The notes beneath the pieces are model-generated. The model was not told where the DNA came from and did no database searches. It worked only from the letters and a program-made list of their open reading frames with translations. Position numbers and translations under genes: made by a program. Positions 1-12,779 of a stretch of 64,000 nt of DNA are shown one piece after another. How positions within the stretch are numbered: the first letter of the stretch is position 1; every line of letters starts with the position of its first letter. This DNA comes from Mobula hypostoma. Lineage: Eukaryota. The DNA lies in the NCBI RefSeq assembly GCF_963921235.1, contig NC_086097.1:34412001-34476000 (forward strand), given 5' to 3'.

Positions 1-960
1 TAAATATCCACTGACTCAAACTACAAGTTAACCTTCAGGGAATTCTGCACTAGGATTCCCAGGTCTCTTTTGCACCTCCAGTTTCTGAAATCGCATCCTA
101 TTGAGAAAATAGTCTACACCTTTATTCTTTCTATCAAAATGCATTCTACCGTTTCCTTCCCTATTCTTCTAAACTGTCCAAGTCCTTCTGCAGCATCGTA
201 TCATCCACAAATATGACCACAAAAGCCATCAATTTCATTAGCCAGATCATTATTATTTAACATGAGAAGTAGCAGACCCAATACTGAATGTTGTAGAACA
301 CCTCAGATCACCGGCAGCTAACCAGAAAAGGCCCCCTTTATACACACACTTTGCCTTCTGCCAGCCAGCCAACCTTCTGTCCATGTTGGTATCCTTCCTA
401 TCATACCAAGGGCTCTCATCTTGTTAAGGAGCTTCATGTATGGCACTTTGTCAAAGGCCACCTGAAAATGCAAGTAAACAACATCCACCGACTCTCCCTT
501 GTCCGTCCTGCCTGTTATTTCCTCAAATAATTCCAACAGGTGCGTGGCACATGGCCAAGTGGTTAAGGTGTTCGTCCAGTGATCTGAAGGTCGCTAGTTC
601 GGGCCTTGGCTGAGGTAGCGTGTGTGTCCTTGAGCAAGGCACTTAACCACACATTGCTCTGCAATGACACTGGTGCCAAGCTGTATGGGTCCTAATGCCC
701 TTCCCTTGGACAACATCGGTGACGTGGAGAAGGGAGACTTGCAGCATGGGCAACTGCTGGTCTTCCATACAACCTCGCCCAGGCCTGCGCCCTAGAAACT
801 TTCCAAGGCGCAAATCCACGGTCTCGTGAGACTAACGGATGCCTAAAAAAATTCCAACAGATTTGCCAGGCAAGATTTCCCCTCCAGGAAACCATGCTGA
901 ATTCAGCCTATTTTATTGTGTGCCTTACAAGTACCCCAAAACCTCATCCTTAACAATGGA
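1..960 (-). mobile_element. Degraded CR1 LINE ORF2 (RT) fragment, interrupted by a SINE
   Basis: ORF 318-536 ELFEEITGRTDKGESVDVVYLHFQVAFDKVPY resembles the CR1 RT motif (VDVVYLDFQKAFDKVPH); the LINE resumes after 860. Confidence 0.85.
540..849 (+). mobile_element. tRNA-derived CORE-type SINE, copy 1
   Basis: A-box TGGCCAAGTGG, B-box-like GTTCGGGCC, CORE-like GTCCTTGAGCAAGGCACTTAACC, A tail; 11-bp TSD AATTCCAACAG at 529-539 and 850-860. Confidence 0.9.
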
Positions 961-1562
961 CCTTGTTAAAGCAGAGGGTAAACTCAATTCAAACTCTTGT
1001 TCAGCAAATCTGATTTTTTTTTAAATTAGGGTGAAAAAAGGGTATCTTAAATGATGTTCTAAATCCGACATCTGAAGAAATTAAAGCCATAACAAAGCTG
1101 AGACATATATTACCTAAATCATTAGAATCTGACATTTAATTAGAAAATTTCCTGCTCTAAGCACCTGGCTAATGTTTCATTCTCAGAGTTATTAAGAGAA
1201 GATGAATTTTAGTATCATCTTCAATTACTTTTTCCTATTGAATATGATATTTTTTCTGCAATTTGTCCCCAAAGTTTCTATATCTAGGCAGTTCAAATGC
1301 ATACAAGTGTAAAAGTGTTTTGCTGGTGGAAATGATGTACCCTGCAAAGAGTATGATCCAAAATAACCGTTCTAAACATAGACCTCAAACAGAATGGCTG
1401 CAGTATATAGTCATTAATGTTATTCATCACCAAGAATTATATCTTTAAAATAGCAATAAAATAGGGCATTTAGGTGCTATGAGTAATATAGAAGCAAATT
1501 GTATTCATTTTTGCACCAATTTACTCTATTTTAATCTACTTGTTAAGTTTTCTTATGAATAC

Positions 1563-1722
1563 AAACTGAAAGTGTTGGAAATATTAAAGAGGTGAGGCTA
1601 CATCTGTGGAACCATCAATCTGGAACATCTTTCTGTTCTCTCTCCACAGGTGCTGCCTGACCTGCTGAGTGCTTCCAGCATTTTCTGGTTCTAGTTCAGA
1701 TTTCCAGCATCTGCAACACTTT
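1563..1722. mobile_element. Penelope-like terminal-repeat remnant with inverted arms
   Basis: TGCTGCCTGACCTGCTGAGT...TTTCCAGCATCTGCA tail shared with the PLE copies at 17.5 kb and 44.4 kb, preceded by a degenerate reverse-complement arm. Confidence 0.6.
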
Positions 1723-2040
1723 CTTTAAACTTTCAGAACATACCCCCCTCTCTGCTTCTGCTCGTGTAACGAGATCTTAAAAATCCAATTGATAATACAA
1801 ATGACACTTATTTTACAGAAAACTGGATTAAAAATTTGTAGGCACGGAGAAGAGGGGGTGAGCTTTGAATTTTTTCATTGCCCCCAGGAACAACCAGATC
1901 ACCCCATTGAAATGAACAAAAAGGGCAAAGCACACATATTCAGAAAGGACACAAAGCTCAAACTTCAAAGTAAATTTATTTATCAAAGTACTTTTTTTTC
2001 TTGCCGACATGCCTGGACCCATCATATAAATAATAATTAC

Positions 2041-2985
2041 AAAGAAAGCACAACAGTACCACTACTTCCTTCGGAGTCTGCGGAGATTCGGCAAGTCATC
2101 AAAAACCTTGGCAAACTTCTAAAGATGTGCGGTGGAAAGTATGCTGACTGGCTGCATTACGGCCTGGTATGAGAACACCAATGCCTTTGTAATTATATTG
2201 TGTTGGCGCGTGGCCAAGTGGTTAAGGCATTTGTCTAGTGATCTGAAGGTCGCTATTTCGAGCCTTGGCTGAGGCAGCGTGTTGTGTCCTTGAGCAAGGC
2301 ACTTAATCACACATTGCTCTGCGACGACACCGCTGCCAAGCTGTATGGGTCCTAATGCCCTTCCCTTGGACAACATCGGTGGCGTGGAGAGGGGAGACTT
2401 GCAGCATGGGCAACTGCCAGTCTTCCATACAACCTTGCCCAGGCCTGCGCCCTGGAAACCTTCCAAGGCGCAAATCCATGGTCTCACAAGACTAACGGAT
2501 GCCTAAGAATACCTTTGTGTGAAAAATCCAACAAAAGACAGTGGGTTTGGCCCAGTATATCATGGGTAAAACCTCCCAACCTTTGAGCACATCTACATGA
2601 AATATTGCCATAGAAAAGCAGTATCAATCATCAAAGATCCTCACCACCCAGGCCAGGCTGTCCTCTCACTGTTGCCATCAGATAGAAGGTACAGGTGCCT
2701 CAGGACTCGCACCAGCAGGTTCAAGAACAGTTATTATCCTTCAACCATCAGGCTCTTGAACAAACTGCACTCATTCAAATGAGAAATACACTCATTTAAG
2801 GACTCTTGTTATTTCATGCTCCTTATTTATTGCTATTTACTTGTATCTGCAATTGCAGAGTCTGTTCTCCATTGATCCTGTTTACAGTTACTGTTCTATA
2901 AGTATGCCCACAGGAAAAAGAATATCAATGTTGTATGGGGTGACATGTATGTACTCTGATAATAAATTTTACTTTGAACTTTAGA
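2041..2985 (+). mobile_element. Rex1/Babar-type LINE 3' end (interrupted by a SINE)
   Basis: Translates to KKAQQ..FLRSLRRFG..FxRCAVES.LTGCITAWY and RKAVSIIKDPHHPG..RTSRFKNSYYPSTIRLLN, typical of the Rex1/Babar C-terminus; 3' UTR ends AATAAA...ACTTTGAACTTT. Confidence 0.8.
2191..2507 (+). mobile_element. tRNA-derived CORE-type SINE, copy 2
   Basis: Highly similar to 540-849; TSD AATGCCTTTGT/AATACCTTTGT at 2180-2190 and 2508-2518 (1 mismatch). Confidence 0.9.
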
Positions 2986-3039
2986 AGTTTGTACAATGGG
3001 ATAAATGAAAAACTATCCACAAAGCACGATATACACTAT

Positions 3040-3625
3040 TCTGTAAAATAAAAAAGTAATAACTAAATAATTCTGAGAACATGAGTTGTAGAGTCCTTGA
3101 AAGTGAGTCCATGTGTTGCAGAATTAGTTCAGAGTTGAGGTGAGTGAAATTATCCACACTGGTTCAGGATCCTGATGGATGTAACTTCCTGAACCTGGTG
3201 GTGTGGGACCCAAGGATCCTGTACCTTCTTGCTGACGACAGTAGTAAGAAGCGAGCGTGGGCTGACGGATGCTTCTTTCTTGTGGCAGCACTCCTTGTAG
3301 ATGTCCTCAATGGTGGGAATGGCTTTTCCTCTGATGGACTGTGGGCTGCAGGGTTTTCTGTTCCTGCTGTTTCCACGGTGCAACCATTCAAGATACTCTG
3401 CACCGTGCACCTTTAGAAGTTTGTCAAAATTTTAAATGACATACCAAATCTGTAAAGACCTCCAAGCAAGTAGAGGCACTGTTGTGCCTTCTTTATAATA
3501 GCACTTATATACTGGTTCCATCAGAGATCTTCTAAAATGATAATGTCAAGGAATTTAAAGTTACTAAGCCACTCCACCTATGATTCCCTAATGAAGACTG
3601 CCTCATGGACCTCCAGTTTCTTCCA
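3040..3625 (-). mobile_element. Rex1/Babar-type LINE fragment
   Basis: Minus-strand SILNGC, IRGKAIPTIEDIYKECCHKK and LLSSARRYRILGSHTTRFR motifs; its tail probably lies at 1958-2040. Confidence 0.7.
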
Positions 3626-3699
3626 CTATCTGTGATAGAACCATAGAAGATCATTAGAATTTTATGACATTTTCTACTGAAAGTGATTTGGAAGAAATC

Positions 3700-4560
3700 T
3701 GCCTGGAAATTGGCATCTTGGGACTAGAGTTATACAACACAGATCAGTGTTGGACCTTTTGCTCTGAGAGATATATATATATATTCACAGCTATATATAG
3801 CTGTGACTAGCAAGAAAAATTGTCTAAGCAGAATTCAGATCACTCTAACAATTGCAGAGTGATGCATTTTGGGAAGTCAGATAAGAATAAGACACGTAGG
3901 GCACTAAGGAACTTTGATGAACAGAGAAACCCAGGGCTTCAAGACCAAAGCTACCTGACACTTGCAAATCAGGTTAATAGGGTGCTGAAGGAGGAATGGG
4001 GCATTCTTGTCTTTAATGTTTAGGGCATAGAATGTAAGAGCTGGGATGTTACAATGTAACTTCCTCAAGACTCTGTTTAGACTGCACTTGGACTATTATA
4101 GGTTATTGATTGATTGATTGAGATATAGTGGAGTTTGTCCTCGCCACACCAAAAGTAGGTTGTGTTGGAGAAAGTGCAGCGAAGATTCTCCAGGAAGTTG
4201 CCCAGATTAGATAAGTTGGGCAAAGGAAGCAGGGATCTGACCCGGTTGAAGAATGTACGATTACGAGGAGGTAGATAGTCAAAATCTTTTTCCCATAACA
4301 GGGGTGAAGAGATCAGGAGGCTGCGGTTTTACTGTGAGTGGTAGAGATTTTGAAGGCGATCTGAATGTCTGATTTTACAGAGAGTAGTTGGTATCTGGAA
4401 CATGCTGGAATGAGGTACATTCACAATGTTTCACAAACATTTAGAGGGGCACTTGAAAAGGCAGAGCATAGAAGGTTGAGGAGCTGATGTGGCCCAATGG
4501 GATTGGTGTAGATGGGAAAATGTCTGTTTCAACATGTTGGCCTAAAGAGCCCATTTCTGG
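3700..4560 (+). mobile_element. Old degraded CR1 LINE 3' portion
   Basis: CRVMHFGKS..EQRNPG and RLHLDY motifs, plus a CR1-like 3' UTR. Confidence 0.7.
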
Positions 4561-4757
4561 GACTTGAAAGTGATCTCCCTCAAACCTTGATCGAAAGAAG
4601 GTGCACAGCGATGCTGGTGTGTTTTCCCACTGGAAAAAAAAAGCACAAAACAGACAGGGAAAGGCCAAACACGGCAGCTAGCATTTCACGACGCAGCTGG
4701 GAAAGAAAGACAGCTGCCCATAGTCCCTGAGGTAGCTAGACATCAATTGCACATGTT

Positions 4758-4910
4758 ATGGCTACCTTGGAGGAGAGAGGGCCTACTGGGGAAATGCACT
4801 GGGCTCCCATATTTTCAGAAAAAGACATTACAATGCTGCTTAATCTGATAAATGCAGAAGGGAGGGTTAATCTACCAGAGGGGTTCAGAAATCCACCAAG
4901 GATGTCTAGA
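4758..4910 (+). mobile_element. Possible PIF/Harbinger Myb/SANT-like ORF remnant
   Basis: APIFSEKDITMLLNLINAEGRVNLPEGFRNPP resembles the N-terminus of Harbinger Myb/SANT proteins (APxFS..l..Ll..v.....l.P....pp); similarity from memory only. Confidence 0.35.
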
Positions 4911-5396
4911 GGTCCAAAAGAGGCACCAATAAAAGAAGCTGGAAGGAAGGGAACCAGTTCTGTCCTCCGAGTGGGAAACCCCACACAGTGGAATAACAAC
5001 ATTTTTGACCTCAAGATAAATCAAGGTATCTTGAAGACTTCTAAAATGATTGCTCTGTCAGACATACACACATGTGCACACATATACACAGAGTTATGTT
5101 CCTCAACACTACACCCTCTCCTGCCCCTGACCCCACCAATGTTCCCTCTAATTCTTTTTACAGCTGCGCAGGCCAACCATTACTCTGAGCAGTAAATTTT
5201 TATACGGCCTGAAAACTGTAAAGCATTTCAAATGTTTTATTTTGTAACGTGCACACTATGACTATTTAGCATGAAATTTGAAAAATCACATGCTTTTGAT
5301 TTTATTTATTAAGGGGCATAATGAAATACAGTACAAAAAATTCTTTCACATTTTGTAAAAGTTTTCTAGGTGCATCTAATTCTAGCTGCAAGGCTA

Positions 5397-7075
5397 CAGT
5401 GTCTATAAAAAGTATTTCACCCCCACCCCACCAGAAGTTTTCATGTTTTATTGTTTTACAACATTGAATTAGTGGATTTAATTTGGCTTTTTTGACATTG
5501 ATCAACAGAAAAATACTCTTTAAAAAAAAAACAGATCTCTACAAAGTGATCTAAATTAATTACAGGTACAAAACAAAATAATTGATTGCATAAGTATTCA
5601 CTCCCCCTCCCCGACTTTAATATGACACACCAAATCATAACTAGTGCAGCCAATTGGTTTTAGAAGTCTCATAATTAGTTAAATGGAGATCTGTTTTTGG
5701 AGACTTGTGTACTGTCAAGGTGTTTCAATTGATTATAGTAAAAATACACCTGTATCTGGAAGCTCCAACTGCTGGTGAGTCAGTAACCTGGCAAAAACTA
5801 CACCATGAGGACAAAGGAACACTCCAAACAACTCTGCAAAAAGGTTATTGAAAATCACAAGTCAGGAGATGGATACAAGAAAATTTCCAAGTCACTGAGT
5901 ATCCCTTGGAGTACAGTTAAGTCCGTCATCAAATGGAAAGAATATTGGCATAGATGTAAATCTGCCTAGGGCAGGCCATCCTCAAAAACTGAGTGACCAT
6001 GCAAGAAGGGGACTAGTGAGGGAGGCCACCAAGAGACCTATGACAACTCTGGAGGAGTTATAAGCTTCAGTGGCTGAGATGGGAGAGACTGCGCATACAA
6101 CAACTGTTACCCAGGTGCTTCACCAATTGCAGCTTTATGGGAGAGTGGCCAAGAGAAAGCCACTGTTGAAAAAAAAACTCACATGAAACCTTGGCTAGAG
6201 TTTGCCAGAAGCCTGTGGGAGACTCTGAAGTCAGTTGGCAGAAGATTCTATCGTCTGATGAAAGCAAAATTGAGCTGTTTGGCCATCAGACTAAATGCTA
6301 TGTTTGGTAGAAGCCAAGCACTGCACATTATCAAAAACACACCATCCCTACTGTGAAGCATGGTGATGGCTGCATCATGCTGTGGGGATGCTTCACTGCA
6401 GCAGGCCCTGGAAGGTTTGTGAAGGTAGAGGGTAAAATGAATGCAGCAAAACACTGGGAAATCCTGGAGGAAAATCTGATGCAGTGTGAAGAGAACTGTG
6501 ACTTGAGAGAAGATTTGTTTTCCAGCAAGACAATGACCCCCAACCATAAAACCAAAGCTACACAGGAATGGCTTAAAAAAAACAAAGTTAACGTCCTGGA
6601 GTGGCCAAGTCAGAGTCTGGACCACAGTTGAACAGAGAATTTGTAGCTGGACTTGAAAAGGGCTGTACACTCACATTTCCCATGCAATCTGACAGAGCTT
6701 GAACAGTTTTGTTTTTTTTTATTTGGCGTGTGCCTGCGTGCGTGCGAGTCTATGCGTGCGCGTCTGTGTGTGTCCGTGTGTGCGTCCATGATGATGGATT
6801 TTTCATGGCTTTTTTCCAAGGCGCGGAACGAAAGGGAGAGACTGTGTGGCGCACCACTCCTCACACAGATATTTTCGCAGTGCTTTCCCTTTGCTTTTAC
6901 GAGGTCGAGTTGCAGTCTCGACACTCAACCCGGCACGGATGGAAAGCGTGCTTGGGGGCGGACACAAGTAGTTTCGAACCCGGGAACCTCCGCTCTCGGG
7001 TCCGGCGCCGATGTCGTTGCGCCACCAGCCGGCCCTTGAACAGTTTTGTAAAGAAAAATGGGGAAAATTTGTTCC
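5397..7075 (+). mobile_element. Tc1-family DNA transposon (IR/DR type), 3'-truncated, defective transposase
   Basis: TA|CAGTGTCTATAAAAAGTATT terminus; ATG 5805; motifs [35 protein letters not shown]; stops and frameshifts; no right TIR; same family as 33019-34520. Confidence 0.9.
6713..7034 (-). mobile_element. Young CpG-rich tRNA-derived SINE inserted in the Tc1 element
   Basis: Minus-strand head GGCCGGCTGGTGGCGCAACG..GGTTCGAAAC, poly-A tail; perfect 15-bp TSD CTTGAACAGTTTTGT at 6698-6712 and 7035-7049. Confidence 0.9.
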
Positions 7076-7234
7076 TGTCTACCGCACACCTCAGTTTGCT
7101 GCATTCGATGGGTTGCCCAGACTCTATTCATAATCAACCGACTTCCTGCACTTTCTGTTCCCACAAGTTTTGCAGCTGATAGAGTCACTGCCTCACAATG
7201 CCTGAGGACCCAGACTCTCTGTCTTGTGGAGTTT

Positions 7235-8046
7235 GCAGCTAGAAAAATGGCAGATGGAATTTAATGCAGACTATTGTGAAGTATTACACTTTGAGAAGAC
7301 AAACCAGGATAGAACTTACATGGAGAGTGGTTGGACACTGAGGAATGTGGTAGAACAGAGGGATCTGGAAATCCAGATCCATAATTCCTTGAAAATGGCA
7401 TCATAGGTAGATAGGACCCAAAGAAAGCTTTTGGCACATTGGCCTTCATAAATAAAAATATTGAGTACAAGAGTTGCAATGTTATGTTGAAGTTCTATAA
7501 GACGTTGGTGAGGCCTAATTTGGAGTGTTGTGTCCAGTTTCGGTCTCCTACCTACAGGAAAGATCGAAAGAGTGCAGAGAAAACATACAAGGATGTTGCA
7601 AGAACTTGAAGACCTGAGTTATAGGGAAGTGTTGAGAAGATTAGGACATTATTTCCCAGAGTAGGAGCAGAGATTTAATAGAGCTATATAAAATTATGAG
7701 GGGTATAGAAAGGGTAGATGTGAGCAGACATTTTCCCACTGAGGTTGGGTGAGACCAGAACTAGAGGTAGTGGGTTAAGGGTGAAAGGTGAAATGACTAA
7801 GGGGAACATGAGAGAGAACTTCTTCACTCAGAAGGCGGTGAGAGTGTGAACGAGCTGCCAGTGGAAGTGGTGGATGCAGGTTCGATTTCAATATTTAGGT
7901 AAAATCTGGATACATACATGGACGGGAGGAGTATGAAGGGCTATGCTCCGGGTGCAGGTTGAAGGTATTGGGTAGATCAATAGCTTGGCATGGAAGAGAT
8001 GGGCCAAAGGACCTGTTTCCGAGCTATAGTATTCTATGACTCTATA
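7235..8046 (+). mobile_element. CR1 LINE 3' end
   Basis: EKWQMEFNADYCEVLHF..VVEQRDL, LVRPNLE; tail TTCTATGACTCTAT. Confidence 0.85.
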
Positions 8047-9095
8047 AATGATTGTTAAATTGGTTTATTATTGATAAGGTCAGTTTTGGATCATATCCTG
8101 TTGAACAAAACAGTTTTTCGTTTTCTGTGCAAACTTCCATTGGAGGGCCCGTGTGAGATAGCACAATACAGCACAGGAACAGGCCTTTGGGCCCACAATA
8201 TTATGCCGAACAAGTTAAATTAGTAATAAAATGGTTAACTAAACCAATTTCTTCTGACTACACAACATCCATAACCTCCCATTTTCCTCACATTCATGTG
8301 CCTATCTAAATGACTCAAAGTTCTCTAATGTATCTGCCCCTACCACCACCTCAGGCATCTCATTCCAGGCACCTGCCACTTTGTGAAGAGAAAAAATGCC
8401 CCTCACATCGTCTTTGAAATTACCTCTCTCACCTTAGGAGACACTATCTGGTATTTCAACCATGAGGAAAAAGATACTGTCTGTCTGCTCTATTATGCCT
8501 CTCATAACTTTAAGCCTCTGTTGGATCGCCTCTCAGCCTCTGCTGCTCGAGAAAACACAACCCAAGTTTGTCCAGCCACTTGTTGTAGCACATGCCTTCT
8601 AATTCAGGCAACATCCTGGTAAAATTCTTCTGCACCCTCCCCAACGCCTCGACATCCTTCCTTTAATGGGCTGACCGGAACTGCATACAATACTACAGAT
8701 GCGACTTAATTGGAGTTTATAAAGCTATAACATAACTTCCTGACTTTTGAACTGAATGCCTCGACTAATAAAGGCAAGCATGCCATATGCCTTCTTTCAT
8801 CACCCCATCAACCTGGGAAGCCACTTTCATCACCCCATCAACCTGTGTAACTACTTTCAAGGAGCCAAGACTTGGACCCCAAGATCCCTCGTCTCATCAA
8901 CACTGTTAGGGTTTTGCTATTAACATTTGACCTCCCAAGGTGCAGCACTTCACATTTAGCCGGGTTAAACTCCATCTGCCTTTTCTCTGCCCTGATCTGT
9001 ATCCTGTTTATTCTTTGCCAGTCTTCTACACAATACACAACACCACCAACTTTCGTATCATCTGCAAACTTGCTAACCCACCGATCTATATTTTC

Positions 9096-10126
9096 CTTGA
9101 AGAGGACCACAACTTTATTGTGGTTTGGAGGCTTGTGTGCCTCAATGACCCAGAGAGCGATGTTGGCTGGAGTCAGGGCTTTTTGCCTTGGCTCTTGGTA
9201 GGGTCACCCATGCCAAACAGTTCCAATAGTAGAGGCCAGACTAAGTGGGACCCGCCAGTCCTCCAGGTTCGAGGGTTCAGCTCAGGGCTAACAACTGTGA
9301 CTGGTAAAACAAAATTGTTATGGAAACAGCAATGAAGAATCCTTCATCTGAATGTGATGGTATTCCTGAGTCTCCACCCAGGACTTGCATGACTGACAGT
9401 AGTGAAAACCGAGAGGAAGCCACTCACATGACGAAGGAAGCCCTGAACACTACCAGAGATGGAGGACCATCATTAGACAATAGACAATAGGTGGAGTAGG
9501 CCATTCAGCCCTTCAAGCCAGTACCACCATTCACTGTGATCATGGCTGATCATCCACAATCAGTATCCAGTTTCTGCCTTATCCCCATAACCTTTGATTC
9601 CATTATCTTTAAGAGCCCTATCCATCTCTTTCTTGAAAGCATCCAGAGACTTGGCCTCCACTACCTTCTGGGGCAGAGCATTCCACATATCCACCACTCC
9701 CTGGGTGAAAAAGTTTTTCCTCAACTCCATTCTAAGTGGCCTACCCCTTAATCTTAAACTGTGGCCTCTGGTTCTGGACTCACCCATCAGCGGGAACATG
9801 CCTCCTGCCTCCAGCGTGTCCAATCCCTTAAAAATCTCATATGTTTCAATCAGATCCCCTCTCATCCTTCTAAATTCCAGTGTATACAAGCCCAGTCGCT
9901 CCAATCTTTCAACATATGACAGTCCCACCACCCCAGGAATTAACCTTGTGAACCTACGCTGCACTCCCTCAATGGCAAGAATGTCCTTCCTCAAATTTGG
10001 AGACTAAAACTGCACACAATACTCCAGATGTGGTCTCACCAGGGCCCTGTACAGCTGCAGAAGGACCTCTTTGCTCCTATACTCAATTCCCTAAATGCCA
10101 GCTTTGTAACAGGTAATAAGTAAGTA
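9096..10126 (+). mobile_element. Non-autonomous RTE-like retroelement (5' end joined to a (TAAG)n tail), itself interrupted by CR1
   Basis: 12-bp TSD ATCTATATTTTC at 9084-9095 and 10127-10138; RTE-like 5' UTR; tail GGTAATAAGTAAGTA. Confidence 0.7.
9474..10090 (-). mobile_element. Young CR1 LINE 3' end
   Basis: Open 144-aa frame RKDILAIEGVQRRFTRLIPG..RRMRGDLIETY..FFTQGVVDMWNALP; tail with TAGACAA repeats. Confidence 0.9.
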
Positions 10127-11639
10127 ATCTATATTTTCATCCAAGTCCTTTATATACATTACAAACAGCAGAAATCCTGGTACAGATCCCTGCAGAACAT
10201 CACAGATGTCCATCTAGAATAAGTCCCTGCCTTCTAAGGACAAACCAGTTCTGGATCCAAACAGCCAATTCACCATTGAATCTATGCATCTTAATCTTCT
10301 GGATGAGCCTCTCATGAGGGACATTGTCAAACGCCTTACTAAGATCTATGTAGACAACATCCACAGCTCTACCTTCATCAATCACCCTCTTCTCTTCACC
10401 AAAAACACAATCAAGTTAGTAAGTCACAACTTGACCCAAACAAAGCCATGCTGGCTCTCTGTAATTAGCCATGGCTTTCCAAATGCTCATAAATCCTATC
10501 CCTAAGAACTCTCTCCAATAACTTCTGCACCCTTGATGTGAGACTCACTGGACTGTAGTTTCCGGGATTATCCCTGGTTCCCTTCTTGAACAAAGGAACA
10601 ATATTAGCTACTTGCCAGTCCTCTGGGAACTTTTCTGTGACTGGAGAGAAAACAAAGATATTGGTCAAGGCCACAGTAATCTCTTCTTTTGCCTCTGTCA
10701 ATAACTTGGGGTATACCCTATACCCCCAAAAGGCCCTACAAATTTATCCAACAATACTCTTTAAGAGCATTTATGAAAGTAGTGTGACCATTTCCATTCT
10801 ATTTAATTGAGTAATTGAGAAATTGTCTTAGGTAGCAACAATAAGCATTGATTGCCATAAGGATTGAAATGGTTACTTCTGAGGTAACTAAACCAGGACT
10901 TTAAAAAGGAGCACACTTTTCAGACAAATGCAATTTCACTTCCTTTAATCATCTCAGAAGCCTGGAAATTACATTGTTACTTTGAAATGTGAAGTAAACA
11001 ATTAAAAACCTGATTAAAATAAAGGGTGGGGAAGTGTTGGAGGTGACTTTGAACATGCACACCTACAGGGGAGGGTATCCACTACAGGGAGAAATGTAGC
11101 TTATTTTAATGTTTAACTTCATTTCCATCAGCTCCACAAGGACCTTTGCATGCCAAGCATCTCTACTGTTGAATGGCAAAACTCCAGCAGTTTCAGTCAA
11201 TGTAGGAGCCAAACATTAATTTATGAAGTAGTGAGGAAGTCCTGTTCGCTCAAGAACCGTTTCTCATGAAGCCTATCTATTAATGGAGCCCGCTTTCCTT
11301 TGCCTGTTTTAGGCAAATGTTCGGGCCAATCATTTCAAGATCTTTCAAAGATATGCATTTACATCATTGGTCTACTGAGTTTTGCTTTCCAGATATCCAA
11401 GTATTGGTCCCCATTTCGGTTCCAAGGCGGAATGGTGTTATTGCACATGTATATTAGTGTAAATAAGTGCTACTCTGGAGTTGGTGTTACATATATCTTA
11501 ACAAATTAACTCATTGATAACTATTACTACCTTGTACCGAGCTACTCAGAGACTCAGTTAAAGACTGTTTGCTACATATAAAAGATGTCCAAGTGATTGT
11601 GAGTGATGGTAATACTCGAATCTGAGATCCACAAGCACT

Positions 11640-11950
11640 ACAATGGATTTACAGCTAATAGAGCCAGAGACTCAGATTCAATCATAGCCTTGGGTGCTTT
11701 CTGTGTGGAGTTTACACATTCTCCATGACCTCGAGGGTTTCCTCCAGGTGCTCCAGTTCCCTTGCATGTCACAAAGACATGCATTTTGGTATGCAAAATG
11801 GCCCCTGTCTATTGCAGCTAGTGTAGAACCTGGGGAGAATTGATGGGAATATGGGGAAATTAAAAATGGAATGAACATAGGATTGGTATTAATGGGTTGG
11901 CATGGACTCAGAGGGCTGAAAAGTTTACTTTGCTATCTTTTTCTATGATT
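11640..11950 (+). mobile_element. V-domain SINE (HE1-like), degraded
   Basis: V-domain GTGTGGAGTTTACACATTCTCC..GGGTTTCCTCCAGGTGCTCCAGTT; CR1-like tail. Confidence 0.7.
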
Positions 11951-12439
11951 CTGTTCGCAACTCCCAGGCTAAAGGTTGGATCAATTTGCAAATTTACACA
12001 AGTGTGTTGAAACAGAAGATAACTCTCAAAATTAAGATTAGCAGAAGGGAGTTCAGGACAAGTTAGCAGAAGTGGCACTGATTGTTAATCTGATAAAACA
12101 CAAAGGGAGCTTTGGAGAGTTTGAATATTGCAGTGGGACTATGTGGAAGAACAAAATACAATGGTCTGAAGTCATTTTTTTTAGTGGAGGGAGATTTCAA
12201 CAGCTGATTGAAATCAGCAAACCTGTTGACTTCATCACTATTCATACACAAAATGAAGAAATTAACCCCATACCATCTGAAATTCTAGGAGCTACAAGTT
12301 GAAACACCTGAGAAGGCAACTTGCTGGTCTGAGGAGCTTAGCAAAGCAGGATGTTCTTCGAATGAGCATTGAGGGACAGTGCAGTATACTAGATGAGTGC
12401 AGGAAGGAGAATCCCCTTAACTTGTGAAATTTTATTTTT

Positions 12440-12775
12440 AAGAAGGTTTACCAGGATGAAGACTGCTTCAATAACATTCAAGAAGTTCAGCATAATACAA
12501 GGACACAGCAGCCAACTTGATAGGCAACCCATTCACTCAGTCCACCAGCACAGCACAGTAGCAATGGCTTATACCATCAACATGATGCCTTGGAGCAACC
12601 TCTTAACCTCTTGAACAGCACCCCTTAAACCCACAACCTCTACCATTCAGAAAGACGAGGGAAGCAACATCATGGAAACATAAGCACCATCTGGAAGTTA
12701 CCTTCAAAGTCACCCACCACCCTGAATTGGAATTATATTGGTATTCCTTCACCATTGCTCGGTCAAAATCCTGTT
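12440..12775 (+). mobile_element. 3' fragment of an old LINE (CR1/L2 group)
   Basis: Degenerate IQDTAANLI..PIHSVHQHSTVA region, resembling the family at 45-46.7 kb. Confidence 0.5.
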
Positions 12776-12779
12776 ACCA

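Larger units (their letters stand above)
8155..10720 (-). mobile_element. CR1 LINE fragment(s) hosting nested insertions
   Basis: SKFADDTKVGGVV (8838-9110), VDVVYIDLSKAFDNVPH (10200-10385), PEDWQVANIVPLFKKG (10465-10701). Confidence 0.85.

Noticed and set aside
540..620. tRNA genes at SINE heads
   Set aside because: A/B boxes are present but there is no complete cloverleaf, and they continue into SINE bodies with TSDs
8794..8845. 22-bp direct repeat with 30-bp period
   Set aside because: Simple local slippage duplication inside a dead CR1
11300..11509. Unique region with acceptor-like sites and short ORFs
   Set aside because: No convincing donor or recognisable peptide in any frame
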